64,000 bases of DNA, taken from NCBI GenBank assembly GCA_040752695.1, contig JBFMGO010000002.1, forward strand, positions 1 to 64,000, written 5' to 3'. The stretch is from a bacterium (GTDB lineage Bacteria; SZUA-182; DTGQ01). Below, piece after piece: positions 49,662-59,157 of the stretch; position 1 is the stretch's first letter, and each line of letters opens with the position of its first letter. The notes below the pieces were generated by a model that was not told where the DNA came from, did not search any database, and saw only the letters and a program-made list of their open reading frames with translations. A program made the position numbers and the translations under genes.

Positions 49662-50147
49662 ATGAACGAAAAACTGTTCCAAAGTATAGTCCGGTCACTT
49701 ATCATCGCGGCTCAAGATGTTTTCCAGACCATGATCTCCATGGAGGTAAAGCCTAAGGAGCCCTTTGCCAGAAAAGGGTTGGATTCTCTGGCAGATATCA
49801 CCGGTGTCATCTCTCTGACAGGAAACATCGTCGGCTCGGTCATTCTCAGTATGGATGCCAGGACCGCTCAGAAAGCGGTTTCGAATATGCTTGGCGACCA
49901 GGTCGAGGTCGAACAGGAAATCGTCGATGGAGCAGGTGAAATTACCAACATGGTCGTTGGTATGGCCAAAACAGAACTGTCCAATATCTCCTGCGACTTT
50001 GAAATTTCCGTACCCGTCATGATCCTCGGGAAGGGGTCTGTCATCAAACACCTCTCCCTGGAGGGAAGCTCATTAACGACTATTCCCTTTGAAACGGAAG
50101 ATGCCGACGTCTTCCACCTGGAACTGTATGCTAAAGATGCTCCTTAA
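49662..50147 (+). CDS. cheX: Chemotaxis phosphatase CheX family
   Basis: DITGVISLTG...GS, GEITNMVVG (E-x2-N), ISVP. Confidence 0.88.
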   Translation: MNEKLFQSIVRSLIIAAQDVFQTMISMEVKPKEPFARKGLDSLADITGVISLTGNIVGSVILSMDARTAQKAVSNMLGDQVEVEQEIVDGAGEITNMVVGMAKTELSNISCDFEISVPVMILGKGSVIKHLSLEGSSLTTIPFETEDADVFHLELYAKDAP

Positions 50148-50164
50148 AAGGGCATCTTTAGCAT
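50128..50164. terminator. Hairpin overlapping the cheX stop
   Basis: atgctaaagatgc...gcatctttagcat. Confidence 0.5.
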
Positions 50165-50494
50165 GGAAAAGTGCTTCCAGCCGCTTTCCGCTTCCCTTTC
50201 CATAATGCCGGGCAAAAGAGAAGGAAAGGGAGTGGAATCAAAAAAGGTTTAAAAATCTTGTTGACTCCTCATCGATCTTAATGTTACTATAGTTTCGTTT
50301 TTGGTAGGGTAATTTCTCTTCGAAAAGTCTATCTCTCAATGCAATTCAATATCTATTAACAATCATATGAACCTGGATGCTGCTTGAAGAGTAAGCGGTA
50401 TCCTTCTGACTAAAGATGCAATGCCAAAAAAACATACTCCTTCTATGGGTTTCATATTCATCATAATAAAGATAAACGGGGTGGACTTCAGTCA

Positions 50495-51163
50495 ATGTCG
50501 GATGAGTCACATGCTCGGGAGCAAAAGAAAGAGGGCATTCTGGACGTCGGGCTGGTGATAATCATCCAGCCAAAAGGCAGTCTTAAAAATATTCGTTATA
50601 AATCTTCCATTATCGGATGGAAGACTGATCAGCTCATTCTTATCGATATGCCAATATTGAATGGAGCCTATGTGAATCTGACAGATGGATGTACCTGCAT
50701 TGTGCGGTATATCCATTGTGGTAGTGCCTGCGGGTTTGAAACAAAAGTGCTGAAGAACATCAACGATACCAGACTTCCCATGATCTATCTGAGTTATCCA
50801 AAGACAATAGAAAGAATCTCCCTCCGAAAATACAACCGGATCCAAACACTGATACCGGCACGTATCGAAGTAAAGGGAAGGGGAAGTGTTCAGGAACTGG
50901 AAGGGATCATAGTGGATCTCAGTGTCGGAGGATGTCTTCTTGACATTCAGGATTCAAAGGAGGTCAACCTGGATATCGAAAACAAAATTAAACTCTCGTT
51001 TGCTCTTGCCAATACCGGTGAGCAGGTAGAGGGAATTTTTGTTACTATCAAGAGGGTTCAAAAAGTTCGAGGCAGTACGATGGCTGGTGTGCAATTTGTT
51101 GATTTGCCTTCAGACGTTTTTGAAAAGATCCGCTATTTCTGTGAATCGTGTAAATCCGATTGA
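50495..51163 (+). CDS. Flagellar brake-like c-di-GMP receptor (YcgR/PilZN plus PilZ)
   Basis: RKYNR (RxxxR) and DLSVGG (DxSxxG) PilZ motifs after a YcgR-N-like domain. Confidence 0.85.
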   Translation: MSDESHAREQKKEGILDVGLVIIIQPKGSLKNIRYKSSIIGWKTDQLILIDMPILNGAYVNLTDGCTCIVRYIHCGSACGFETKVLKNINDTRLPMIYLSYPKTIERISLRKYNRIQTLIPARIEVKGRGSVQELEGIIVDLSVGGCLLDIQDSKEVNLDIENKIKLSFALANTGEQVEGIFVTIKRVQKVRGSTMAGVQFVDLPSDVFEKIRYFCESCKSD

Positions 51164-51259
51164 TTTTAGGGTGCCTGTTACTGAAGACCTCATACGTATG
51201 CACAATGCGGGGGGTTGAAGGTAAGAGCCGAGAGTTTAATCCCCCAGCAGGAATTTTGT

Positions 51260-52636
51260 ATGGCCAGAAAGAATCTTCTGTTAGTTGATGATGAAAAATG
51301 TATTCACGATATCTTCGCTGAATACTTTGATAATAAGTCTTACAAGTTAATCAGTGTCTTCGATGGCACCGAAGCATTGAAGAAAGTCGAACAGGAGAAA
51401 GTTGATATCGTTCTTCTGGACATCAATATGCCTGGCCTGAACGGTCTGGAGACACTGAAGGAACTCAAGAAAATTGATTCGCAGATTGTTGTCATCATCA
51501 TAACCGGATACGGAACAGCGGACACAGCGATCGATGCCATGAAGTGTGGCTGTTATGACTATGTTACCAAACCCTTCCGTCTGGCAGAAATCAAAAACGT
51601 GATTGAAGCCGCCCTCATTGACAAGGATTATAATAAAAAGAATAAAAAGGGGAAAGATGCCCTTCCTCCCTACAAATCCGGCTCGATACCAATCATCGGA
51701 CGGAGCAAGAAGATGCAGGAGGTTTACCGCCTTATCGCCCGCGTCATCAATACCGACTCCACGGTCCTGATTCAAGGGGAATCAGGTACGGGTAAAGATC
51801 TGGTAGCCAGGATTCTCCATTATAACGGCCCCAGGGGCAATAAGCCGTTCATTACCGTCAACTGCGCAGCTATCCCTGAGGCTCTTTTGGAGAGTGAGCT
51901 TTTCGGACATGAAAAAGGTGTCTATACCGGAGCCCACATCGCCAGAAGAGGAAAATTTGAACAGGCGGACGGCGGTACCATATTCCTGGATGAAATCGGC
52001 GATATGAGCCTCAATACTCAGGCCAAGATCCTTAGGGTTATGCAGAGCAAGACCTTTACCCGGATCGGCGGAGAGAAAAATATTTACGCGGATGTACGGT
52101 TGATTACAGCCACGAACAAAGAACTTCGTAAGGCCATGAAGGATGGTTCATTTCGTGAAGATCTCTTCTACCGGCTGGATGTCCTGTCTTTGACCCTCCC
52201 CTCCCTGAGGGAAAGAAAAGAGGATATAGCCGATCTTGTCAACTATTTTATTGCGCGCTATAATGAGATCGTCAATAAAAAGGTCTCCTTTATTTCTCCT
52301 GATGCCAGGGAATTAATCATGCGGCATGACTGGCCCGGAAACGTGCGGGAGTTGGAGCATGCCGTCGAGCATGCCATTGTTCTGGCCAATGGCTATGTGC
52401 TGCTGCCCGAACACCTGCCTGACAGCCTCAGGAGTCAGACGAAAAAACCCAGCTCCATCTCCCTGGACGTGGGTCTTTCCCTGGAGGAAGTGGAAAAGGT
52501 CTATATCCAGGAAACCTTGAAGATGGTCAACGGCAATCAGACCAAAGCGGCAAATATCCTCAAGGTCCACCGCAACACCCTCCATCGCCTGATGGAAAAA
52601 ATGGACATCCGGCTCTCCAAAAACGATTACGCGTAA
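51260..52636 (+). CDS. Sigma54-dependent response regulator (REC-AAA+-Fis HTH, NtrC/AtoC family)
   Basis: VDDE/LLDI; GESGTGKD; ESELFGHEKGVYTGA; FLDEIG; FREDLFYRL; WPGNVREL; GNQTKAA.IL. Confidence 0.93.
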   Translation: MARKNLLLVDDEKCIHDIFAEYFDNKSYKLISVFDGTEALKKVEQEKVDIVLLDINMPGLNGLETLKELKKIDSQIVVIIITGYGTADTAIDAMKCGCYDYVTKPFRLAEIKNVIEAALIDKDYNKKNKKGKDALPPYKSGSIPIIGRSKKMQEVYRLIARVINTDSTVLIQGESGTGKDLVARILHYNGPRGNKPFITVNCAAIPEALLESELFGHEKGVYTGAHIARRGKFEQADGGTIFLDEIGDMSLNTQAKILRVMQSKTFTRIGGEKNIYADVRLITATNKELRKAMKDGSFREDLFYRLDVLSLTLPSLRERKEDIADLVNYFIARYNEIVNKKVSFISPDARELIMRHDWPGNVRELEHAVEHAIVLANGYVLLPEHLPDSLRSQTKKPSSISLDVGLSLEEVEKVYIQETLKMVNGNQTKAANILKVHRNTLHRLMEKMDIRLSKNDYA

Positions 52637-53145
52637 GGACAGGCTTAAGTGCATTGCGCGGTAAATACGCGACCGGATAAATCCACATCCACACAGTACG
52701 CATTCGTCTCTCGCCGAATGAAAAGAGTACCTGCCGGACCTTTCCCATGAAATCTCTGAGGGGAACAGGGCCAAAGCTCCGGCTGTCGTGAGGTCCTCCT
52801 GCACCAATCCATGGCCATTCCATAGCTGAATCCATAGTCAATGGTAATTGGAAGGTTTCATACTCAGCGCATATTGTCAAGACACCGCGGCCTCACTCTT
52901 TCAGCATTCTCATTATGGAAAGCGGGGTATGCAATGAGGAAAAAACATGTATACCTATGCACCTGACGACTCATAATAGTTCATAGCCGCTTTCTGTGAA
53001 AAACAGCATCTTACGGTAAATCAGCCTGCTTTTTCCTCCTCTTGGGACTGCTCATCGCGCGATAGTGCTTAAGAATAAGGCGAAAGGGATAATGTTTCAG
53101 ACTGCCCACCTGTACAAATGGATTGATATTCCAGCATCTTCCCAT

Positions 53146-53163
53146 GAGGAATGAAAATTGCTA
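53146..53163 (+). promoter_or_regulatory. Possible sigma54 (-24/-12) promoter
   Basis: aGGaatgaaaattGCt has GG-N10-GC spacing, about 50 bp upstream of the TPR gene. Confidence 0.4.
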
Positions 53164-53214
53164 AGAAGGTGAGAGGAAAATTCGATACACAATGTATGGA
53201 CAAGGAAACTCACC

Positions 53215-55674
53215 ATGAACGACATCATCAAGATACTTGTTATTGAGCGGGAACCAGTCGTAAGCAGACAACTCAAAAAGAGCCTGAACAGGGAGCAACA
53301 CATTGTTTTTGGGGTCTCCAGCGTCATGGGAGCGGTAGAGCGCCTCAAATCCATTTTTTTTGATATCGTGGTTGTTGACGTTTATCAGGACTGGAACGAC
53401 CAGGAGGACTTTTTTCTTCTCCGGTCGATTACGTGGATGGCACCCAAAACCAAAATTATCCTTGTGGCTCCTGAGGATAAACAGAATCCGGCACGCAATG
53501 TGGAGGGACTGAAAATATTCGATTTCATTCATAAGCATAAGAAATTTAAAAATCTAATTGCATCTATCAACCACTTGAAAAGATGCCTTCTGATGCCTGC
53601 CTCCTTCTTCTTTCTTTTCTCTTTATGCATCCTTTCCTTTCCTGTGCATCTTGTTGCTGCACCTTCCACTCTCCCGCCGATCGATTCCGGTGCGGCAACT
53701 TCCAGTACATCAACATCCGGTTCCAGTGCATTAACATCCGGTAGTGCATCAACATCCGGTTCCGATGCGTCGGCTTCCGCTGCGGTACTACCCGGAGCGG
53801 TACCTTCCGGTACACCGGCCTTTGATGCCTTACCCTCCACGGTTACATCCGTCATTTTCAAAAAGGCCATGAGTGACTTGCAGGCCAATAACCTGAAGGC
53901 AGCCAGGAAAGGTTTCGAGGAACTGATCTTCAATCACCCTGAAGCCCCGGAAGTGGTGGACAGTTATATATATCTTGGGAAAGTTTATGAAAACCTGAAT
54001 CTGCCCTATGAGGCCACGGCCGTATATCATCAGTTTACTCAGGAATATCCTGACCACCAGTCAGCTCCAGAGATTTTAATGAGGCAGGGGGAAATCGCCT
54101 TTCAATTGGGCGAGATCAAGAAAGCGAAAGGGATTTTCAAGCATATTCTCTTTCAGTACCCGAATACCAGTCTGGCCCCGAGTGCAGCTTTTCGCCTGGG
54201 GGACAGTCTCTATGAATTGGAGGATACCACTACTGCCCGCCTTTACTACGATGAGGGGATGGAGCACTCTCCTCAGTTTCTTGATGATCATCCGCAAACG
54301 GCTTTCAACATCGGCGGGCTCGCTCTGCAGGATAAGCGCTTCGATCGGGCCTTGAATATCTTTTTGGCCCTTGAGAAGAATTATCCGCAACTCGAATTGA
54401 CCAGCAAGGCAGTGACCTTTTGTGGTGATATCTATGCAGAGCAGGAGAAGATTCCTGAAGCTGTTCTCGCCTACCAGAGAGTCATTGATAACTATCCTCA
54501 CTCTATCGGGGCGCAGGTCAGCCAGATCCGCATGGCTGACCTGGGAGTGGAGCATCCCGATGTCGTAATCGAGAATCCGGCTTCCCCCCTGGACGCATTT
54601 CGCAATCCGATTCAGGCTTATCAGGAACTGCTCAAAAAAAAGACTACCGACCTGGTGCTGGCTCATCTGGCTGAATACAAACTCGGCCTGGCCTTTCAGA
54701 AGAAGGGGGACCATGGGGCTGCTGTTGCCGCTTTCCGGTCCCTGTTGGCCAAGGGGCCTGAAGAGAGGATCTATCAGAACGGCCTCTATGCTCTTAAACA
54801 GGAGTTAACCAATGAGCTCGATCAGTATTTCCGAAAAGAAGAGTACATGGCAGTCATCAAGAGCTATGAGGCGAACAGGGACCTGTTAGACCCCTTCTGG
54901 CACGAAGAAAAAACTCCTCTTCCCTATTTCAATGTGGCCAGGAGCTATCAAACCATGAGCTTTTATCCACCGGCCATGCGCCTTTATCAAGAAGCGCTCG
55001 GATTTGGAGCACAGGATACTCTCCATAGCCAGATACATTTCCACCTGGGACAGATTTTTTTCAAGACAGGGGAATATCAGAAGGCCCTCGATACGCTCAA
55101 GGAAGTTGCCCAAAAGTCGAAAACGCCCGGCCTGGCTTTTGCAGCCCTCTCACTCATGGCAGATGCCTACCGGGAGGCGAAGGATTATACCAAAGCTCTC
55201 GATTACTATCAGGCCAGCCTCGCTATGCAGCCGCTTCAGCAGGGGCAGGAAAGAGAGCAACTCTTCAAAGCGGGACGGTGCTACGAGAAGATCGGCAAAA
55301 TTCCTGAAGCTATCCAGTCCTTTGCCAAGGCTGCGGACCGTGCCCAAAAAGAAAAAGAAAAAGAAAAAGATAAAGATTCTCGATACCTTGCTGAAATCTA
55401 CTTACATCTGGCAGATTGCCAGTATAAAATCGGTGAGTATTCTGAAGCACTTAAATCCTATCAACACGTGCAGAATTCCTCTCCTTTGAAGGAGGACCTC
55501 GATTGGGTGCTTTTCCAGATAGGTAACTGCTCTTTGAAAACGTCAGAACCAAAAGCCGCGCTGGATGCCTTTCAAGAATTAAAAGCATCCAATCAGGACT
55601 CCATCTGGCCGATTGTTGCCGGTCTCAAAGAGTCAGAAGCCCGAATTCAAGGGGCAGAAGTTACAGAGCAGTGA
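53215..55674 (+). CDS. Tetratricopeptide-repeat protein with an N-terminal receiver-like segment and a hydrophobic TM/signal segment
   Basis: Many TPR helices (A...Y..LG..Y, YP.S..A); S/T/A linker; lies directly before fliE. Confidence 0.8.
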   Translation: MNDIIKILVIEREPVVSRQLKKSLNREQHIVFGVSSVMGAVERLKSIFFDIVVVDVYQDWNDQEDFFLLRSITWMAPKTKIILVAPEDKQNPARNVEGLKIFDFIHKHKKFKNLIASINHLKRCLLMPASFFFLFSLCILSFPVHLVAAPSTLPPIDSGAATSSTSTSGSSALTSGSASTSGSDASASAAVLPGAVPSGTPAFDALPSTVTSVIFKKAMSDLQANNLKAARKGFEELIFNHPEAPEVVDSYIYLGKVYENLNLPYEATAVYHQFTQEYPDHQSAPEILMRQGEIAFQLGEIKKAKGIFKHILFQYPNTSLAPSAAFRLGDSLYELEDTTTARLYYDEGMEHSPQFLDDHPQTAFNIGGLALQDKRFDRALNIFLALEKNYPQLELTSKAVTFCGDIYAEQEKIPEAVLAYQRVIDNYPHSIGAQVSQIRMADLGVEHPDVVIENPASPLDAFRNPIQAYQELLKKKTTDLVLAHLAEYKLGLAFQKKGDHGAAVAAFRSLLAKGPEERIYQNGLYALKQELTNELDQYFRKEEYMAVIKSYEANRDLLDPFWHEEKTPLPYFNVARSYQTMSFYPPAMRLYQEALGFGAQDTLHSQIHFHLGQIFFKTGEYQKALDTLKEVAQKSKTPGLAFAALSLMADAYREAKDYTKALDYYQASLAMQPLQQGQEREQLFKAGRCYEKIGKIPEAIQSFAKAADRAQKEKEKEKDKDSRYLAEIYLHLADCQYKIGEYSEALKSYQHVQNSSPLKEDLDWVLFQIGNCSLKTSEPKAALDAFQELKASNQDSIWPIVAGLKESEARIQGAEVTEQ

Positions 55675-55717
55675 AGAGGGGAGTAAGGAGTATTGCAACA
55701 CAGGTATGTTTCACTCA

Positions 55718-55842
55718 TCAGCGACCAGCAATCCAGTATCCAGCATACAGTTCCAGCAACCAGCATCCAGTATCCAGCAACCAGCATCCTGTATCCGAAT
55801 ATTCAAAAATCAGCAACCAGCGTCCAGCAGCCAATATCCAGA
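55718..55842. repeat. Heptamer tandem repeats (ccagcat/ccagtat/ccagcaa)
   Basis: ccagcaaccagcatccagtatccagcaaccagcatcc and flanking variants. Confidence 0.8.
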
Positions 55843-55868
55843 GGCTAGAATTCAGAGGAGAAAGACAG

Positions 55869-56174
55869 ATGAAGCAGATCAGCCTTATCGACCTAAAGCC
55901 GGTACTTTTCAATCAACCGTCACCGCCAGCATCTTCTCCAAAAAGTGAGGATGTACCCTCATTTAGTGAAACTATCAAGGAAGCGATTCAGAGAGTGGAT
56001 GATTTGCAGTCTACTGCGGATCAGAACCTGCAGGATTTTATAACTCATAAAAATAAAGACCTCCATGATGTCATGATTTCCTGGGAAAAGGCGGATACGT
56101 CCTTGAAGCTTTTAATGCAGGTCCGCTCAAAGGTTCTGGACGCCTACCAGGAAGTCATGCGGATGCCTGTCTAA
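55869..56174 (+). CDS. fliE: Flagellar hook-basal body protein FliE
   Basis: SFSETIK.AI..V..LQ, DLHDVMI..EKA..SL.L.MQVR.K.LDAYQEVMRM; RBS gaggag before ATG 55869. Confidence 0.93.
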   Translation: MKQISLIDLKPVLFNQPSPPASSPKSEDVPSFSETIKEAIQRVDDLQSTADQNLQDFITHKNKDLHDVMISWEKADTSLKLLMQVRSKVLDAYQEVMRMPV

Positions 56175-56321
56175 CTGAGACACTCACGAAAAATAAATTG
56201 ATGTTAACAGGGAAATGATGAATAATATGTCCTGAAGAGGAGCAATATTTAAGTATATTATACATATAATTGAAAGCAAAATTCCTTTGGCAAGAAGAGG
56301 AATGTAGAGGTAAGCGTGGTT

Positions 56322-56392
56322 AAGTCATGTGGTGCGGTGTGATGGCGTGTGATGTGGTGTGAGATGATGCAGTGTGGTATTGTATTGTGTGC
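56322..56392. repeat. Degenerate 5-bp GT-rich tandem repeat (gtgat/gtggt)
   Basis: gtcatgtggtgcggtgtgatggcgtgtgatgtggtgtgagatgatgcagtgtggtattgtattgtgtg. Confidence 0.65.
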
Positions 56393-56441
56393 TCGTTGAA
56401 CGTGACGATGGAAGCTGCCCCCAAGATAGGGAAAAAACGGG

Positions 56442-58088
56442 ATGCCGACTATTTCTGAGGCGATAACGAAATTTATCGACTCGTTTCGAAACCTTCCTCT
56501 CAACAGAAAAGTTACCCTTACCCTGGTACTGGTGCTTTTGGGAGGAGGAGTGGCAGCTCTTTTGAGCTGGGCCTACAGAACCAATTATCAGACTCTTTAC
56601 TCCCGTCTCGATCCGGAGAATGCCGGAGCTATTGTGGACAAGCTGAAGGAAGCCAAGGTCCCCTACAAGCTCACGCAGGGAGGCAGCACTATCCTTGTTC
56701 CGGAAGGGAAAGTATACGAGCTTCGGCTGCAACTGGCCTCTGATAAGGTTCTGCAAAAGGGAAACGTCGGTTTTGAACTGTTCGATCAGACCAATCTGGG
56801 AACCACCGAGTTCGTCCAGACCATTAACTATCACCGGGCACTGCAGGGAGAGTTAAGCCGCACTATCGGCAGTCTGGCTGAAGTCGAATGGGCGAGGGTC
56901 CACCTGGCGATCCCTCAGAAGAGCCTGTTCGTCGAGAAGGAGCAGCCTCCCACCGCCTCGGTGGTTATCCGGCTGAAAGAGGGGAGCCGTCTGCGCAAGG
57001 CCCAGATCAATGGTATTGTCCATCTGGTTTCATGCAGTGTGGAGGGCCTTTCTCCTGAAAATGTCCAGATCATCGATGATCAGGGAAGGATCCTGAGCGA
57101 GAATTCCAATGATTATTCCAATCAGCTTTTACAGGCCACCAAGGTTGAATATCAAACCCAGGTGGAAGAAATCCTGGAGAAGAAGGTCACCAGCATGCTG
57201 GAAAAGGCTTTGGGAGAGAACAAAGTGATTGCCAAGGTTTCGGCCAGCTTGAACCTGAAACAAGTGGAAACGACAGAGGAGAAGTATGATCCTGACAGAA
57301 CGGTCGTAAAAACGGAGCAGCGTACTCAGGAAGCGGCCCAGGGACAGACGCCGGTCACCCCGGCGGCCAACAATAATTCCAATTACCAGAAGTCGGACGA
57401 AATCATCAAATATGAATTGACCAAGGCCACCAATCATATCATTGAGCTCCCCGGCCAGATCACCCGGTTATCCGTAGCTGTCCTGGTGGACGGAAAATAC
57501 GAGAAACAGGATAAGCAAGGGGCCGATGGTCCGGGGGAAAAATACATCGCCCGCACACCGGGGGAGATGAAAAGCATACAGACGATTGCGGAAAAAGCGG
57601 TTGGCTATGATGCCAGCCGTGGAGACCAGATTGAGGTGGTCAATATTCCTTTCCACTCGGATTCCTCCAGCCAGCAGGGCCAGTCATCTTTCGATATAGC
57701 CAAAAATTGGCAGCTCTGGCTGAGTCTGGCCAAATATGGAAGCAGGGTGCTGCTGGTTCTTCTTGTCCTGCTCTTCATCTTTCGTCCCCTGTTAAAGTGG
57801 CTTTACCGCTTTGCCCCATCTCCTCCCGTTGAAGTGGCCGAACAAGGGCAGATCGGACAGACGGCAGCAGTTGCAGAATTGACCGACGATACGGTGGTCG
57901 AGGAACTGCAGCAAAAACTGCCTGCACGGCTCGACAAAGTGGAAGAGGCTTTCAATTTGGCAAATAGCGAGGAAAGTAAATCGCTTGAGGAAATGGTTAA
58001 AGTTATCCGGGAAATTGCCAAACAGGAGCCAAAACGCATTGCGCAACTTACACATGAATGGCTGTTAGAGGAGAGAAAACAAACATGA
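56442..58088 (+). CDS. fliF: Flagellar MS-ring protein
   Basis: Two TM segments; GFELFD, RALQGELSRTI, ARVHLAIP..SLF, ASVV, RLSVAVLVDG, RGDQIEV. Confidence 0.96.
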   Translation: MPTISEAITKFIDSFRNLPLNRKVTLTLVLVLLGGGVAALLSWAYRTNYQTLYSRLDPENAGAIVDKLKEAKVPYKLTQGGSTILVPEGKVYELRLQLASDKVLQKGNVGFELFDQTNLGTTEFVQTINYHRALQGELSRTIGSLAEVEWARVHLAIPQKSLFVEKEQPPTASVVIRLKEGSRLRKAQINGIVHLVSCSVEGLSPENVQIIDDQGRILSENSNDYSNQLLQATKVEYQTQVEEILEKKVTSMLEKALGENKVIAKVSASLNLKQVETTEEKYDPDRTVVKTEQRTQEAAQGQTPVTPAANNNSNYQKSDEIIKYELTKATNHIIELPGQITRLSVAVLVDGKYEKQDKQGADGPGEKYIARTPGEMKSIQTIAEKAVGYDASRGDQIEVVNIPFHSDSSSQQGQSSFDIAKNWQLWLSLAKYGSRVLLVLLVLLFIFRPLLKWLYRFAPSPPVEVAEQGQIGQTAAVAELTDDTVVEELQQKLPARLDKVEEAFNLANSEESKSLEEMVKVIREIAKQEPKRIAQLTHEWLLEERKQT

Positions 58089-59095
58089 GCAGGCAAATGA
58101 CCAATTCGGAAAAAGCTGCCGTTCTTTTTCTTTCCCTGGGAGAGGAAATCACCGCCGAGGTCTTCCGCGGCCTGGAAGAGTCGGAAATACAGATAATCAG
58201 CCAATATATTACCAACATGGAAACCCCCTCCCTGGCTGATATCAGAGGTGTGCTTCAGGAGGCCATGACACGGATTTCCTACAGACATGTCCTTCCTCAG
58301 GAGGTGGCCGAGTACGTCAACAATGTCCTGATTAAAGCCCTGGGAGAAAAAAAGGCTGCGGAAATTTTTCGAAAACTGCAAGCCCCGATGATGGGTAAAG
58401 CCGGCAGCCTCAAGGCTGTCAAGGATCTGGATTCAGAAACCCTGGTCAACCTGATCCGTGGGGAGCATCCCCAGATCATGGCCCTGATTTTGACCCACCT
58501 CTCACCGGACAAGGCAGCCGAGATACTCTCCTACCTGCCCGAAGAGGTCCGGACTGATGTGGCCTTGCGGATCTGTAGCCTGGAGAGGATCCGTCCCGGA
58601 GTGATGCAGGATATCAACGAGTTTTTCAGGAATAAGCTGATGAGCTTACAGGATTCGGAGAGCCAGATAATAGGAGGAGTCAATAAGATCGCCGAAATCA
58701 TGAACCACATCGATCGGGCTTCGGAAGACAGCATCATGTCGAACATTGAAAAAATGGATACTTCTCTGGCTGAAAATATCCGGATGCTGATGTTTACCTT
58801 TGAGGATCTTGCAAGTGTTGGCAATATGGAAATGCAGGCCCTCCTCAAAGAAATACCCAAAGATGAACTGGTCCTGGCCCTGAAAACGGCCAGCGTCGAA
58901 TTGAAGGATTTGATCCTGCGGAATATGTCAGAGCGCGCCGCACAGATGACGCTCGAAGATCTGGAATCCATGGGAGCGGTAAAACTCCATGATGTGGAAA
59001 AAGCCCAGCAGAATGTTGTCAAAATTGCCCGGCGGCTGGAAGAGGAAGGAAAGATCGTCCTTAAGGGTGGCAAGGGCAGTGATGTTATGGTGTAG
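58085..59095 (+). CDS. fliG: Flagellar motor switch protein
   Basis: EKAAVL..SLGE, EHPQ, MFTFED, NMSERA, DVEKAQ. Confidence 0.96.
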   Translation: MSRQMTNSEKAAVLFLSLGEEITAEVFRGLEESEIQIISQYITNMETPSLADIRGVLQEAMTRISYRHVLPQEVAEYVNNVLIKALGEKKAAEIFRKLQAPMMGKAGSLKAVKDLDSETLVNLIRGEHPQIMALILTHLSPDKAAEILSYLPEEVRTDVALRICSLERIRPGVMQDINEFFRNKLMSLQDSESQIIGGVNKIAEIMNHIDRASEDSIMSNIEKMDTSLAENIRMLMFTFEDLASVGNMEMQALLKEIPKDELVLALKTASVELKDLILRNMSERAAQMTLEDLESMGAVKLHDVEKAQQNVVKIARRLEEEGKIVLKGGKGSDVMV

Positions 59096-59157
59096 GAACC
59101 GGGAAATGATCCATCCGTTTGGCTGCTTTTGCCATTTCGAAGGGAGCGGATATATGA

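Noticed and set aside
55671..55868. Long N-terminal extension of FliE
   Set aside because: Translation of heptamer repeats; RBS and family similarity support ATG 55869
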